In this document: positions 1-10,122 of the stretch, in pieces | Layout of the letters: the number at the start of each line of letters is the position of its first letter | Position numbering within the stretch: the stretch's first letter is position 1 | NCBI GenBank assembly: GCA_944372095.1 | Contig: CALVYG010000004.1 | Location: forward strand, 7,504-71,503 | Length of the DNA stretch: 64,000 nucleotides | From: an uncultured Clostridia bacterium | Lineage (GTDB): Bacteria > Bacillota > Clostridia > Christensenellales > DTU072 | Reading direction: 5' to 3' | Notes under the pieces: generated by a model | What the model was told of the DNA's origin: nothing | The model's input: the letters and a program-made list of their open reading frames with translations, nothing else | Databases searched by the model: none | Translations under genes and position numbers: made by a program

Positions 1-3000
1 ATTGGAAATTACGCTTTTAACGGTTGTTCCGCCTTGTCGTTACTGACGTTCGGAACAGGCAGTAAACTTACTTCCGTCGGCGATTACGCTTTCTATGAAT
101 GCGTTAATCTCGGTTCGGTGCTTCTGCCTTCCGGACTTTCTTCGATAGGAAAATACGCTTTTGCTTCCGAGAAAGGCAGAATGGAATTCGAATTTGACAG
201 CGATACCGATTTGAGCAATATTACCTATCTCGGCGATTACGCGTTTATGAATACCCGAATTGCTTCTGTTACGGTATCGGGGAAAATTCCGTCCGACGAA
301 GCGCTCGGGAAATATGTTTTCAAGAATTGCACGTTTTTGCAGCAGGCATATTTTTCTCCGGGAGGATATACGGCTGTCTCGGAAGGACTGTTTTACGGTT
401 GTACTTCTCTTACGAGAATACGTTTTTCCGGCAATATCCGCTCGATAGAAAAATATGCGTTTTACAATTGCGCGTCGATGGAATGGGTAGAATTCGGTTC
501 GGGCGTTAACGAAATATACGAAAGCGCGTTTGAAGGATGCATAAAATTAACAAACCCGGGAGGAACGCAGAGAGTACTTCCCGTGAATCTTACATATCTC
601 GGAAGCCGTGCGTTTTATAACTGTAAAAGTCTTGCGTCGGTGAACATTCCCGCGGGGCTTACCGAAATCGAAAGCGAGACGTTTGCCGGCTGCGAAGCGC
701 TTACGGACATAAACTACGACGCAGGAACAACGCTTACGACGCTCGGCGAGAACTGTTTTGCGTATTGTGCGTCGCTTGAAAGAGCGATGCTTCCCGCAAC
801 GCTCGCTTTGCGGAACGAACAGAATTCGGCAGGATTTATAGGAAATCCGTTTTACGGATGCGGTAAGCTAAAGAATTTTGTATTCAGCGGAACGACAGAC
901 GGGACTTTATTTGAAGAAAACGGCATAATTTACAGAAAGCTGGAAAAAGCTGCCGTAGAAGGGGAATATGCGAACGAAAGGGCGATTTACGCATATCCGA
1001 CGGCGAAATCCACGGCAACGTTTAACGTTCCGACTAATGTCGCGGTGATAGACGATTACGCTTTTTACGGAAGCATAATAAGAGGTCTTACGTTTGCAAG
1101 GAATACCGAATCGGGCGGAGTTGAAAACGTAGTGCTCGTATCAATCGGCGATTATGCCTTTGCCGAAACTCAGATAACTTCGGTTACGCTTTCGTACCGC
1201 GTGTACGAAGTCGGCGCATATGCATTCTATAACAGCAGTCTGAACAGTTTTACCGTTGAGAGCGCTTATATATACGACGGAATAACGGGATATTCCATCA
1301 TAAACACGGATACCGACAAATCGAATAATATAATATCGATAGGAGCGTATGCTCTTGCGAGAACGGATATAACTTCGGTAACGGTGCCTTCGAGGGTTTC
1401 GGAACTCGGAGAAGGCGCATTGAGCGAAAATTATCTTCTTTCGACGGTAAATCTCGAAGGCGGAACGCTTACCGGGTTGTCTCTCGGAGCAAGGCTTTTT
1501 GAAAACAATAATAAAATAAAAGAAATAGTCATTCCGTCCTCTGTTACCGATATAGGTTCGTACGCTTTTTACAGGTGCGGCAATCTTTTATCGGTAAGAT
1601 TTGCCGTCGGGGCAGGGAACGGGCTGAATATCGGGGATTATGCTTTTGCGGAAGCGCAATATCTTTACGAAATCACTTTTCCGTCGGTATTGGTTTCCGT
1701 CGGAACAGGTGTATTTAAGGGCGATACGAGGCTGAAATACGTCAATTTTGCGGAAGAACTGACTGTCGCAGACAGTCTCGAAATTCCCGACAGGGCGTTT
1801 GAAGGAATGCCGGTTTTAGAGGAAATTACTTTGCCTGCATATATTTCACGTGTGGGAGAAGGCGCGTTTGTTCGGTCTAATTTGGAAAAAATCACTTTTG
1901 AAGGCGACGAAACTTCCGTTCCGCTGGAAATAGGTAAAGAGGCATTTGCGGGGCTAACCGCATTAAACGAAATTACATTGCCCGCAAATCTTGTTTCGAT
2001 AGGCGAAAGGGCGTTTGCCGAATCGGTTCTTGCATCGGTAAGCTATGGCGACGGTATGGATTTTACAATCGGCAAAGAGGCATTTATCGACACACTTATC
2101 GAAGGATTTGACGCAACCGACAGAGTAGTCGGATTGGGCGAAGGCTGTTTTGCTTCCGCGCCTCGGTTTACATATTTCACTTGTACGGATTCGATTCCCG
2201 AAATTCCCGACAGAGCGTTTTACGGAAATGCCGCACTGGTCAGCGTTACGCTCGGGAACGGTATAAACAGATTGGGTAATGAGAGTTTCTACGGCACGGG
2301 AATAACGGAACTGCAATCCGTGAGCGTTGAATATATCGGCGAGAATGCATTTGAAATGTCATCGGTGACAAATGTAAAATTCACGTCGCCCGGGGGACTG
2401 GAAATAGGAACCGGAGCATTCAGAGACGCGGCGAATCTTCTAAGCGTGCAACTTTATGCCGAGGGAGAAATGATTATAGGCGGAGAAATTCTTAACGGTT
2501 GCGGCGCGCTTACTGAACTTACGATAAGCGCATCCGCCGTTAGTCTGGAAGAAGGGTTTGCTTCGGGAGCTCTGTCGCTCGGAGAAGGGTTTGAATTTAC
2601 CGAAACCGACGAGGATAATGCAAATTATATCTTCGACGAAGACGAAAAGGTTTTATATTCGGAAGGCGGAAGCAGATTTGTTTATTATCCGGCAGGTAAA
2701 GTCGGTTCGACTTTCACTCTTTCTTCCGCGGTTACGTCGATAGGCAATTATGCGTTTTACGGAAACACCGGACTTACCGCGATTATAATCGAGGGAGAAA
2801 ACGTCACCAAGGAGGAAAACAGTTTTACCGAAACGGGCAGCGGTCTGAAATTCTATGTTGCCGAAAATCTTGTAGATATTTACAGAAACTTATGGCAGAC
2901 AAGCGCGGTGGAAGCAAGAACGACCGTTGCGGGAGGATTTGTGCTTGCCTTGCAGAGTTCGGGCGAATACAGTGTTTCCGAATATCTCGGAAGCGACGGG

Positions 3001-6000
3001 AAAATGGTCATTGACGGAACAATGTCTGACGGAAACGGAAACGCGTTTACCGTTACGTCGATAGGCGAAAGCGCATTTAAGAATAATACCGTTGTCGAAA
3101 CCGTCGAAATCGGAAACGGAATTAAAACAATTTCAAACGAAGCGTTCAGAAACTGCGTAAATCTGAGAAGCGTTACGATAGGAGAAAACGTAACCGGAAT
3201 AAAGAGTTATGCGTTTTACGGTTGCACCGAACTCGAAAGCGTTGTATTTGAGGGCGACAGCAGTCTGATAAGCATAGGGAACTATGCGTTTGCGCGCAAT
3301 ACGTCTTTGTCGGCGTTCACGGTTCCTTCGGGAGTGGAATCGATAGGGATATTCGCTTTTTCGGGAGACACGTCGCTCGGCAGCGTTAGTTTATACGAAG
3401 GATTGACGGAAATAGGAAATAACGCGTTTGAAAACTGCGTTTCGCTTAACAGCGTAGTTTTACCTTCTTCGTTAGCGAAACTCGGCAGCTATGTCTTCAA
3501 CGGATGCGAGAATCTGGTGTATCTCGATATAAAGAATTCGTCCGTGTGCAGTATACAAAGCAATACGTTCGGCGGAACGCCCGAAAGTCTGTATTTCTTT
3601 GTTCCCGACGATACGGCGGCAAGAATATATAAATCGGACAGCGTATGGAGAACGTACATCAGCAAAATATTGTCTGCAACGGACAGAAGTTCGGAAAGCG
3701 GATTTGAAAATTATGTTCTGAGATACGACGGAACGGGATATGAGCTTGCGGCATACCTCGGCACGGAAAAGGACGTTATAATCGAATCGGTAATAAACGA
3801 TGAAATCAGTATCTATTCGATAGGAGAATACGCAATCGGAAAGTTTGCCGAAAACGTGGTAATCGGAGAAGGAATAAAAACAATAGACGAAAGAGCGTTT
3901 TATCAGGCTTCGAATTTAGCGGCCGTGACAATCGCGTCGACGGTGGAATCAATAGGAAACTATGCCTTTGCATATCTGAAAAATCTTGTTTCGGTAACCG
4001 TAAACGAGGATTCAAAGCTTAATTCGATAGGGAATTATGCGTTTTACGGAAGCTGCGGACTGACGGAATTCGTATTCCCCGCGTCGGTGAGAACGGTAGG
4101 AAACTACGCGTTTTCGTGCGAAGCGAACGGCGAAGGAATGAATCTCGAAAGGATAGAATTCAGACACGATGCGGTATCGGGAACGGACGCAGACGGAGAA
4201 AGCGTATACATTGCACTTGGAGCAGGGGCGTTTGCATATAATACGAAACTCAGGAATATAACGTTCAACTGCCGAGTATCGTCGGTGGGAGACGGCGCTT
4301 TTTCAGGGTGTACGTCCCTAGACAGCATATATTTCAATTACAACCCGAGAACGGCAACGGAAGCGGTTATATCGGTAAGCGGAGCGGGGATATTCGGCGG
4401 ATGCGAAAAACTGACGGTATTTTTGCCTACCGATGCAATAAAGACGCAAATTACTCAGACGTGGACAAATTCATACGATTTGCATAAACTTACCACGGTA
4501 AATTATACCGACGCAAGAGGGTTCGTATATGCGATAACATCCGCAACAAACAGGCAGGTAACGGTTACGAATTATCTCGGCAACGACACGCACGTGACTT
4601 TCCCGACCGAAACTCAAATCGGACAGGATATGTATACCGTGGTAAGAATAGGCAGAGAAAGATACGGAACCGACGAGGAACTGAACGGATACGTTATCGG
4701 AAAGAACGTGACAAAGGTAACGATACCGTCAAGCGTAAAAACAATCGGAGAAGACGCGTTCAGAAACAGTGAAAGCCTGAAAGAAGTCGTAATGGAATCA
4801 GGCGTTATCACAATAGAAGGGTATGCTTTTGCGGGATGTAAAAAGCTTACCGATATAACGATACCGCTTTCGGTTACAACCATAGAAGCGTATGCGTTTT
4901 ACGATTGCGAAAGTCTTAATACAGGATTGAAGTTTGCGGAATCGGTTGCGCCTCCGTCGGTGCCTACGCTTGTAATCGGCGGGTACGTCTTTGCGGAATG
5001 TACTTTGATGAGTTCTTTCTATGTTCCCAATCATGTAAGACTTATCGGAGGATACCGTACCGGCGGAAGCACGAATACGGGACATACGTTTGAAAACTGT
5101 ATAAACCTTAAAACGTTTACTTTTTCGGACGACGCGTTGATTACGACGATAGAAGAATACACTTTCTCGAATACGAAAATAGAAGAAATCACGCTTCCGC
5201 AGTCAATGGAAACTCTTGCGGATTACGCATTTGCGAATTGCAGCGAATTGAAGCGCATAGTTGTCGGAAGAGAAATAGGCGCGGGAATAAGCACTGCGAC
5301 GTCGGCAGGGAACAATATGTTTGAAGGGATAAGTAATCCGCAGTTAAAGATATATGTTCCTTCCTCAACGTACGACGTGTATGCAGCAAACAAAGGCTGG
5401 AATGTAAAAACGGTTATCAAAAACAACGTTACTCCCGACGGAATGTTCGCATACGAACAGGACGACACAGGAGGTTCTTATGTAACTCTTACCGATTACA
5501 GAGGAACGGAAGAAATTGTTACTATTCCCAGAATAGTGACTATACAGGGAAGAGATTATTACGTATCGGCGATAGGGAAGTATTTCGGAAACGGGAAAAT
5601 CAAAAAAATAGTGTTTGAAAGCGATTCGTTTGTAACGTCGATAGCAGATTACGCATTTTCAAGCTGTACCGCCCTCGAAGAAATACATTTACCCGACAGC
5701 ATTACAGCCATAGGCGCTTATGCGTTTGAAGGTTGTTTGAGCCTTTCCGATATAATCTTACCGAAGTCTTTGGCGGAGATAAAAGAGTTTACTTTCTATA
5801 ATTGCATCGGACTGAAAGAAATAACGCTGCCGAGTGAAATACAGAGCATAGGGCCTTCGGCATTTTACCGTTGCACGTCTCTTACAAGAGTGAAAGTTGA
5901 ATTCGGAAAAAATCTGAACGAAAGCAACGTAGGAGCATCCCTCGGGAACTCGGCATTCGGCGATACCGGAATAAATGCGGGAGGACTTACGATTATCGTT

Positions 6001-6300
6001 CCCGACGATAAATATTCGATATTCCGTTCGGGGTGGATTTCCGTGAGAAACAACATATATTCCGAAAGCGACGTTGTGGGCGATTATGTTGTCACGACAA
6101 ACGAAACGGGAACTGCGCTTACTTTGGTGCAGTATCTCGGAGCAGAGCAGGAGATAGACCTTACCGAACTTACGCTTAAAGGATTGAAAATCGATACGGT
6201 TCTTGAAAACTCGATTGCGTCCGACAAAACGAGAATAGTGGTGGATTCAACAATAAAATATCCTGATTCTATGGCGGGAATAGTGACAATAAAAGAATAA
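1..6300 (+). CDS. Giant BspA-type leucine-rich-repeat (LRR_5-like) surface protein, 5' partial
   Basis: Frame 1 is open from base 1 (IGNYAFNGCSALSLLTF...), so the true start lies upstream of the window. There are dozens of ~23-25 aa units of the form IGxxAFxxCxxLxx[IV]x[IL]PxS[VL]. Stop codon at 6298-6300. Confidence 0.8.
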   Translation: MGNYAFNGCSALSLLTFGTGSKLTSVGDYAFYECVNLGSVLLPSGLSSIGKYAFASEKGRMEFEFDSDTDLSNITYLGDYAFMNTRIASVTVSGKIPSDEALGKYVFKNCTFLQQAYFSPGGYTAVSEGLFYGCTSLTRIRFSGNIRSIEKYAFYNCASMEWVEFGSGVNEIYESAFEGCIKLTNPGGTQRVLPVNLTYLGSRAFYNCKSLASVNIPAGLTEIESETFAGCEALTDINYDAGTTLTTLGENCFAYCASLERAMLPATLALRNEQNSAGFIGNPFYGCGKLKNFVFSGTTDGTLFEENGIIYRKLEKAAVEGEYANERAIYAYPTAKSTATFNVPTNVAVIDDYAFYGSIIRGLTFARNTESGGVENVVLVSIGDYAFAETQITSVTLSYRVYEVGAYAFYNSSLNSFTVESAYIYDGITGYSIINTDTDKSNNIISIGAYALARTDITSVTVPSRVSELGEGALSENYLLSTVNLEGGTLTGLSLGARLFENNNKIKEIVIPSSVTDIGSYAFYRCGNLLSVRFAVGAGNGLNIGDYAFAEAQYLYEITFPSVLVSVGTGVFKGDTRLKYVNFAEELTVADSLEIPDRAFEGMPVLEEITLPAYISRVGEGAFVRSNLEKITFEGDETSVPLEIGKEAFAGLTALNEITLPANLVSIGERAFAESVLASVSYGDGMDFTIGKEAFIDTLIEGFDATDRVVGLGEGCFASAPRFTYFTCTDSIPEIPDRAFYGNAALVSVTLGNGINRLGNESFYGTGITELQSVSVEYIGENAFEMSSVTNVKFTSPGGLEIGTGAFRDAANLLSVQLYAEGEMIIGGEILNGCGALTELTISASAVSLEEGFASGALSLGEGFEFTETDEDNANYIFDEDEKVLYSEGGSRFVYYPAGKVGSTFTLSSAVTSIGNYAFYGNTGLTAIIIEGENVTKEENSFTETGSGLKFYVAENLVDIYRNLWQTSAVEARTTVAGGFVLALQSSGEYSVSEYLGSDGKMVIDGTMSDGNGNAFTVTSIGESAFKNNTVVETVEIGNGIKTISNEAFRNCVNLRSVTIGENVTGIKSYAFYGCTELESVVFEGDSSLISIGNYAFARNTSLSAFTVPSGVESIGIFAFSGDTSLGSVSLYEGLTEIGNNAFENCVSLNSVVLPSSLAKLGSYVFNGCENLVYLDIKNSSVCSIQSNTFGGTPESLYFFVPDDTAARIYKSDSVWRTYISKILSATDRSSESGFENYVLRYDGTGYELAAYLGTEKDVIIESVINDEISIYSIGEYAIGKFAENVVIGEGIKTIDERAFYQASNLAAVTIASTVESIGNYAFAYLKNLVSVTVNEDSKLNSIGNYAFYGSCGLTEFVFPASVRTVGNYAFSCEANGEGMNLERIEFRHDAVSGTDADGESVYIALGAGAFAYNTKLRNITFNCRVSSVGDGAFSGCTSLDSIYFNYNPRTATEAVISVSGAGIFGGCEKLTVFLPTDAIKTQITQTWTNSYDLHKLTTVNYTDARGFVYAITSATNRQVTVTNYLGNDTHVTFPTETQIGQDMYTVVRIGRERYGTDEELNGYVIGKNVTKVTIPSSVKTIGEDAFRNSESLKEVVMESGVITIEGYAFAGCKKLTDITIPLSVTTIEAYAFYDCESLNTGLKFAESVAPPSVPTLVIGGYVFAECTLMSSFYVPNHVRLIGGYRTGGSTNTGHTFENCINLKTFTFSDDALITTIEEYTFSNTKIEEITLPQSMETLADYAFANCSELKRIVVGREIGAGISTATSAGNNMFEGISNPQLKIYVPSSTYDVYAANKGWNVKTVIKNNVTPDGMFAYEQDDTGGSYVTLTDYRGTEEIVTIPRIVTIQGRDYYVSAIGKYFGNGKIKKIVFESDSFVTSIADYAFSSCTALEEIHLPDSITAIGAYAFEGCLSLSDIILPKSLAEIKEFTFYNCIGLKEITLPSEIQSIGPSAFYRCTSLTRVKVEFGKNLNESNVGASLGNSAFGDTGINAGGLTIIVPDDKYSIFRSGWISVRNNIYSESDVVGDYVVTTNETGTALTLVQYLGAEQEIDLTELTLKGLKIDTVLENSIASDKTRIVVDSTIKYPDSMAGIVTIKE

Positions 6301-6333
6301 AGTGCGTAAAAAGTATACATAAGAGGTGACAGA

Positions 6334-6873
6334 ATGGAATATTACACGGCAGACATAGCGGGAAGAAAAGAAGATTTACCCGTACTTAAAATAGGAGAAA
6401 ACCTGAAAATAGCGTTTTTTAATCTCCACGGAGCGCAGGAACTTACCGAATATTGCGCAAAGAAGCTTGCAGAAAAAATAAAAAAGACGGGAGCGGAAGT
6501 CGTGATAACCGCGGAAAGCAAAGGGTTGCAGCTGGCGCACTGTATAGCGCGTGAACTCGGGCATAAATACTATGCCGTTGCAAGGAAATCCAAAAAACTG
6601 TATATGCAGGACGGAATAAGCGCTACCGTGAAATCAATCACCACGGCAGGCGAACAGACGTTATATCTGTCGAAGCACGACGCAGACCTTATAAAAGGAA
6701 AAAAACTTGCGATAGTGGACGACGTTATCAGTACGGGAGGAAGTCTGTCGGGGTTGGAAGCGCTTGCCGCGCAGGAGAATGCGGAAATCGTATGTAAAGC
6801 GTTCGTTCTTGCCGAAGGCGACGCGGCAGAGCGCGATGACGTTATATACCTCGGGAAAATTCCGCTTTTGTGA
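6334..6873 (+). CDS. Type I phosphoribosyltransferase (purine PRT / Xpt-Apt-like)
   Basis: PRPP-binding loop KKLAIVDDVISTGGSLSG. About 180 aa. RBS AAGAGGTG upstream. Confidence 0.7.
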   Translation: MEYYTADIAGRKEDLPVLKIGENLKIAFFNLHGAQELTEYCAKKLAEKIKKTGAEVVITAESKGLQLAHCIARELGHKYYAVARKSKKLYMQDGISATVKSITTAGEQTLYLSKHDADLIKGKKLAIVDDVISTGGSLSGLEALAAQENAEIVCKAFVLAEGDAAERDDVIYLGKIPLL

Positions 6874-6972
6874 GTAAAAAGTCAACGCGGTTACGTATGG
6901 CGGATTTTATATAAATAAGTTATACAAGAGAAATTTATTAAGAAAAAACGGAAAAGAAGTTATTATAATCAG

Positions 6973-7740
6973 ATGGAAATAAGTGTATATTCTCTCGGAA
7001 GCGGTTCAAAAGGGAACTGCTTTGTAGTATCCGACGGGGAAACGAATATAATGATAGACGCTGGACTGAGCGTAAGAGCAACGGTAAGTAAACTTGCCGA
7101 GATAGGTCTTCGTATACAGGATATAAGCGGAGTATTGCTTACGCACGAACATAACGACCATATAAGATGTCTTGCGCAGTTAAGTACTTATCTGACGGTA
7201 TATTCGCACGGAGATACGTTGAGCGCCGTGTCCGATATCGACGGGATAAGATTAAATTCGCTTAAAGCGGAAGAAAAGAGCTTTGAATTGGGCGACTTTT
7301 TTATTACACCTTTTTCCGTAAGTCACGACGCGGTACATCCTTACGGGTTCGTAATCGAAACGGAAAGAGAAAAACTTTCATACGTAACCGATACGGGATA
7401 TATAAGCAAAGGGGTAATGAAAGCGATAGACGGTAGCGATATAGTGATAATGGAAAGCAACCACGACAGGGAACTTTTAATGAGAGGATGGTACCCCGAA
7501 CGGCTTAAAAGGCGTATACTTTCGGACAAAGGACATCTCAGTAACGAGGAGACCGCACTGGCGGTGAGAGACCTTGCAAAAAGCGGAACGGAAAGATTTA
7601 TGCTGGCGCATTTAAGCGAGAACAACAACCTCGGAGAACTTGCGTATTGGACTACGTCCAGACTGTTGCGTTCGGCGGGGATAAAAAAGGACGAAGTCAC
7701 GGTAAAAGTCGCTTGTCAAAGGGAAACGGTGATATTGTGA
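6973..7740 (+). CDS. MBL-fold metallo-hydrolase, YycJ/WalJ-like
   Basis: HxHxDH motif (LLTHEHNDHI). N-terminus SLGSGSKGNC...IDAG is typical of YycJ-type beta-lactamase-fold proteins. It lies near rlmH as in Bacillus. Confidence 0.8.
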   Translation: MEISVYSLGSGSKGNCFVVSDGETNIMIDAGLSVRATVSKLAEIGLRIQDISGVLLTHEHNDHIRCLAQLSTYLTVYSHGDTLSAVSDIDGIRLNSLKAEEKSFELGDFFITPFSVSHDAVHPYGFVIETEREKLSYVTDTGYISKGVMKAIDGSDIVIMESNHDRELLMRGWYPERLKRRILSDKGHLSNEETALAVRDLAKSGTERFMLAHLSENNNLGELAYWTTSRLLRSAGIKKDEVTVKVACQRETVIL

Positions 7741-8615
7741 ACGGAAAAGCGGAAGGAAGGAATATCGACCAGAAATTTGCGGTAATATGCTATGCTGCGG
7801 CAGTATGTATAAGCGCGGTGTCTTCGGCAATCGTCAGCGCGACCGTCGATGTTTCGTCCAATCTTTATATTTATCTTTCTTATCTTCTTCCGCAAGTCGG
7901 ATACATAGGCGTTTTCGCCGTTATGTGGTACAGATATAAAAAAGGTTTCGGCGGTATAGTGGTTAAAGAAAACGTTAAAGGAACGGATTATCTTTTAGCG
8001 GTACCGATAGCGGCGGGAGTTTTGTTTTTCGGATTGCTTCCGAATTTCGGAATGACGAAACTCTTCGAACTTGTCGGAATCAAAGCCGCCGTTGTCGTTC
8101 CCGAGATGAACGTATGGTACGATTACGTCATAAGCGGACTGCTGATATGCGTACTGCCTGCGATAGGGGAAGAGCTGGTTTTCCGGAAAGCCTTTTGCGA
8201 CGGAGCGGAGAACGTAGCGGATTATAAGACCGTATTGTTATGCGGATTATGTTTTTCGCTATCCCACCTCAATCCCGTACAGACGTTACATCAATTTTAT
8301 CTCGGATGTATTCTCGCGCTCGTGTACATAACGACGAAAAACGTTACCGTAACGATGCTGATGCATTTTATAAATAATGCGCTTGCATTATATCTCGAAC
8401 GGATAACCGGCGCGGAAATATGGAATAATATAACGGTGATGATAATATGCTTCGTTCTCGGCGCCGCGGCGGTTGCGGCAGGGCTTATGCTGCTTTTGAG
8501 AAAAGGACGGAGACCGGATAACAAAAAAACGGGTAAACCCGAAACGATAACGGTAATTTTAATAGGCGTACTTGCTTTGGCTTGGGTTATTACGCTGGCG
8601 CTCAGTTTCGGTTAA
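7737..8615 (+). CDS. CPBP family intramembrane glutamic endopeptidase (CAAX/Abi-like)
   Basis: Multi-TM protein with EELVFRK and HFINN motifs. The track ORF starts at 7647 inside the MBL gene. GTG 7737, overlapping the MBL stop, is my preferred start, but the start is uncertain. Confidence 0.65.
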   Translation: MNGKAEGRNIDQKFAVICYAAAVCISAVSSAIVSATVDVSSNLYIYLSYLLPQVGYIGVFAVMWYRYKKGFGGIVVKENVKGTDYLLAVPIAAGVLFFGLLPNFGMTKLFELVGIKAAVVVPEMNVWYDYVISGLLICVLPAIGEELVFRKAFCDGAENVADYKTVLLCGLCFSLSHLNPVQTLHQFYLGCILALVYITTKNVTVTMLMHFINNALALYLERITGAEIWNNITVMIICFVLGAAAVAAGLMLLLRKGRRPDNKKTGKPETITVILIGVLALAWVITLALSFG

Positions 8616-8626
8616 TCGGAGGAAAC

Positions 8627-9640
8627 GTGACTAAAACTTTCAAAACTTGTGCTATATTCTGTATAACTACGGTATGGCTTGTGCTGATGAGAATTATTAT
8701 CGGGGAAATAAACTTGTCGAGTAACGGCAGCGACTGGTTGTTTTCGTCTTTGGTCCAGGTAGTTGGGATGTGCGCGATTCCTTTGCTTTTATATAAATTC
8801 TGGGTAAAAGGCGATATAAAAACGGGATTCGGACTGAGAGTAAAGATAAATCCTCTTATATATTTGGTTGCAATAGGAATAGGAATATCTTTGCATTTTC
8901 TGATACGTTCGGTATCGGTATTGTGGCAAAGTATAGCAATCGTAATGGGTTATACGCCGACAAACAGCGTAGGTACGATATATTCCGGTCCGGAAGTATT
9001 TATAATGGGTTTGCTGTGTACTGCCGTAATGCCGGCCGTATGCGAAGAAATAACTTACAGAGGACTCGGATTGCAGATGCTGTCGTCGGTAAAGAACGAA
9101 AAAGCCGTAATAGTAATTATGGGTGCGCTTTTCGGACTCGGACATCAATTTATATTGCAGACGGGATATGCGTTTGTTGCCGGAATGGTGTTTGCGTATC
9201 TGGCATTAAAAACGCGCAGTATCGTTCCGGGAATGATAATTCATTTCATTAACAACGCGTTGAGCGAAATAAGCGGATACTGCGAACAACAGAACAATGC
9301 CTATCACGTTTTCGAAACGGGATTGAACGAACTGCTGTTCCGTTCGTACGGAACGGTAATTCTGACCCTTGCCGTATCTGCCGTCGTGACAGTGGCTTTA
9401 TTGTATGCGGCGAAAAAACTGGCAGGGAAAAATCACGAAAACGAGGAAGCGGAAGAGGGAACGTATTTTTATCCGAATACGGCGCAATACATTGACGATT
9501 TGTTCGGAAAATCTTTAAGAGCGGAAATAAAAGTTCAGCCCGAATCGGTGGCGTGGTACGAATACGCGTTCCTGTATGCGGCGTTTACCGTTATGACGCT
9601 TACAACAATATTCAGTTTCGTTTGGGGATTGATGCGATGA
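8627..9640 (+). CDS. CPBP family intramembrane glutamic endopeptidase, second tandem paralog
   Basis: EEITYRGLG and HFINN motifs; multi-TM. GTG 8627 is preceded by GGAGGA. The track start at 8582 overlaps the previous gene. Confidence 0.65.
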   Translation: MTKTFKTCAIFCITTVWLVLMRIIIGEINLSSNGSDWLFSSLVQVVGMCAIPLLLYKFWVKGDIKTGFGLRVKINPLIYLVAIGIGISLHFLIRSVSVLWQSIAIVMGYTPTNSVGTIYSGPEVFIMGLLCTAVMPAVCEEITYRGLGLQMLSSVKNEKAVIVIMGALFGLGHQFILQTGYAFVAGMVFAYLALKTRSIVPGMIIHFINNALSEISGYCEQQNNAYHVFETGLNELLFRSYGTVILTLAVSAVVTVALLYAAKKLAGKNHENEEAEEGTYFYPNTAQYIDDLFGKSLRAEIKVQPESVAWYEYAFLYAAFTVMTLTTIFSFVWGLMR

Positions 9641-10077
9641 TAAAGCTGAACGTAGTTGCCGTAGGAAAACTGAAAGAACGGTTTTTCACCGACGCGGTGA
9701 ACGAGTATGCGAAAAGGATAAGCAGATTTGCGTCACTTAAAATAACCGAAATTCCCGAAAAGAAAACCGTTGAAGAAGAGGGAACGGAGATATTGAAAAA
9801 GACGTCGGGATTAACGGTATTGACGGACGTAAAAGGAGAAGCGGTAAGCAGCGAAAATCTGGCGGAAATCATAAAGAACGCCTGTACTTACGGACAAAGC
9901 GAAATAACGTTTATAATAGGAAGCAGCGAAGGGACGTCGGAAGAGGTAAAAAAAGGCGTCGACAAACGAATATCGTTCGGCGCCGTGACGTTTCCGCACC
10001 AGCTGATGCGCGTGATACTGTGCGAACAGTTGTACCGCGCGCTTACAATAATAAATAACGTAACTTATCATAAATAA
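9637..10077 (+). CDS. rlmH: 23S rRNA (pseudouridine1915-N3)-methyltransferase RlmH (SPOUT)
   Basis: C-terminus ...FIIGSSEG...TFPHQLMRVILCEQLYRALTIINNVTYHK. ATG 9637 overlaps the upstream stop (ATGA). Confidence 0.85.
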   Translation: MIKLNVVAVGKLKERFFTDAVNEYAKRISRFASLKITEIPEKKTVEEEGTEILKKTSGLTVLTDVKGEAVSSENLAEIIKNACTYGQSEITFIIGSSEGTSEEVKKGVDKRISFGAVTFPHQLMRVILCEQLYRALTIINNVTYHK

Positions 10078-10122
10078 AAATAGCGATGAATAAAAGGACT
10101 GAAATCGCGTATTTTTAATATT

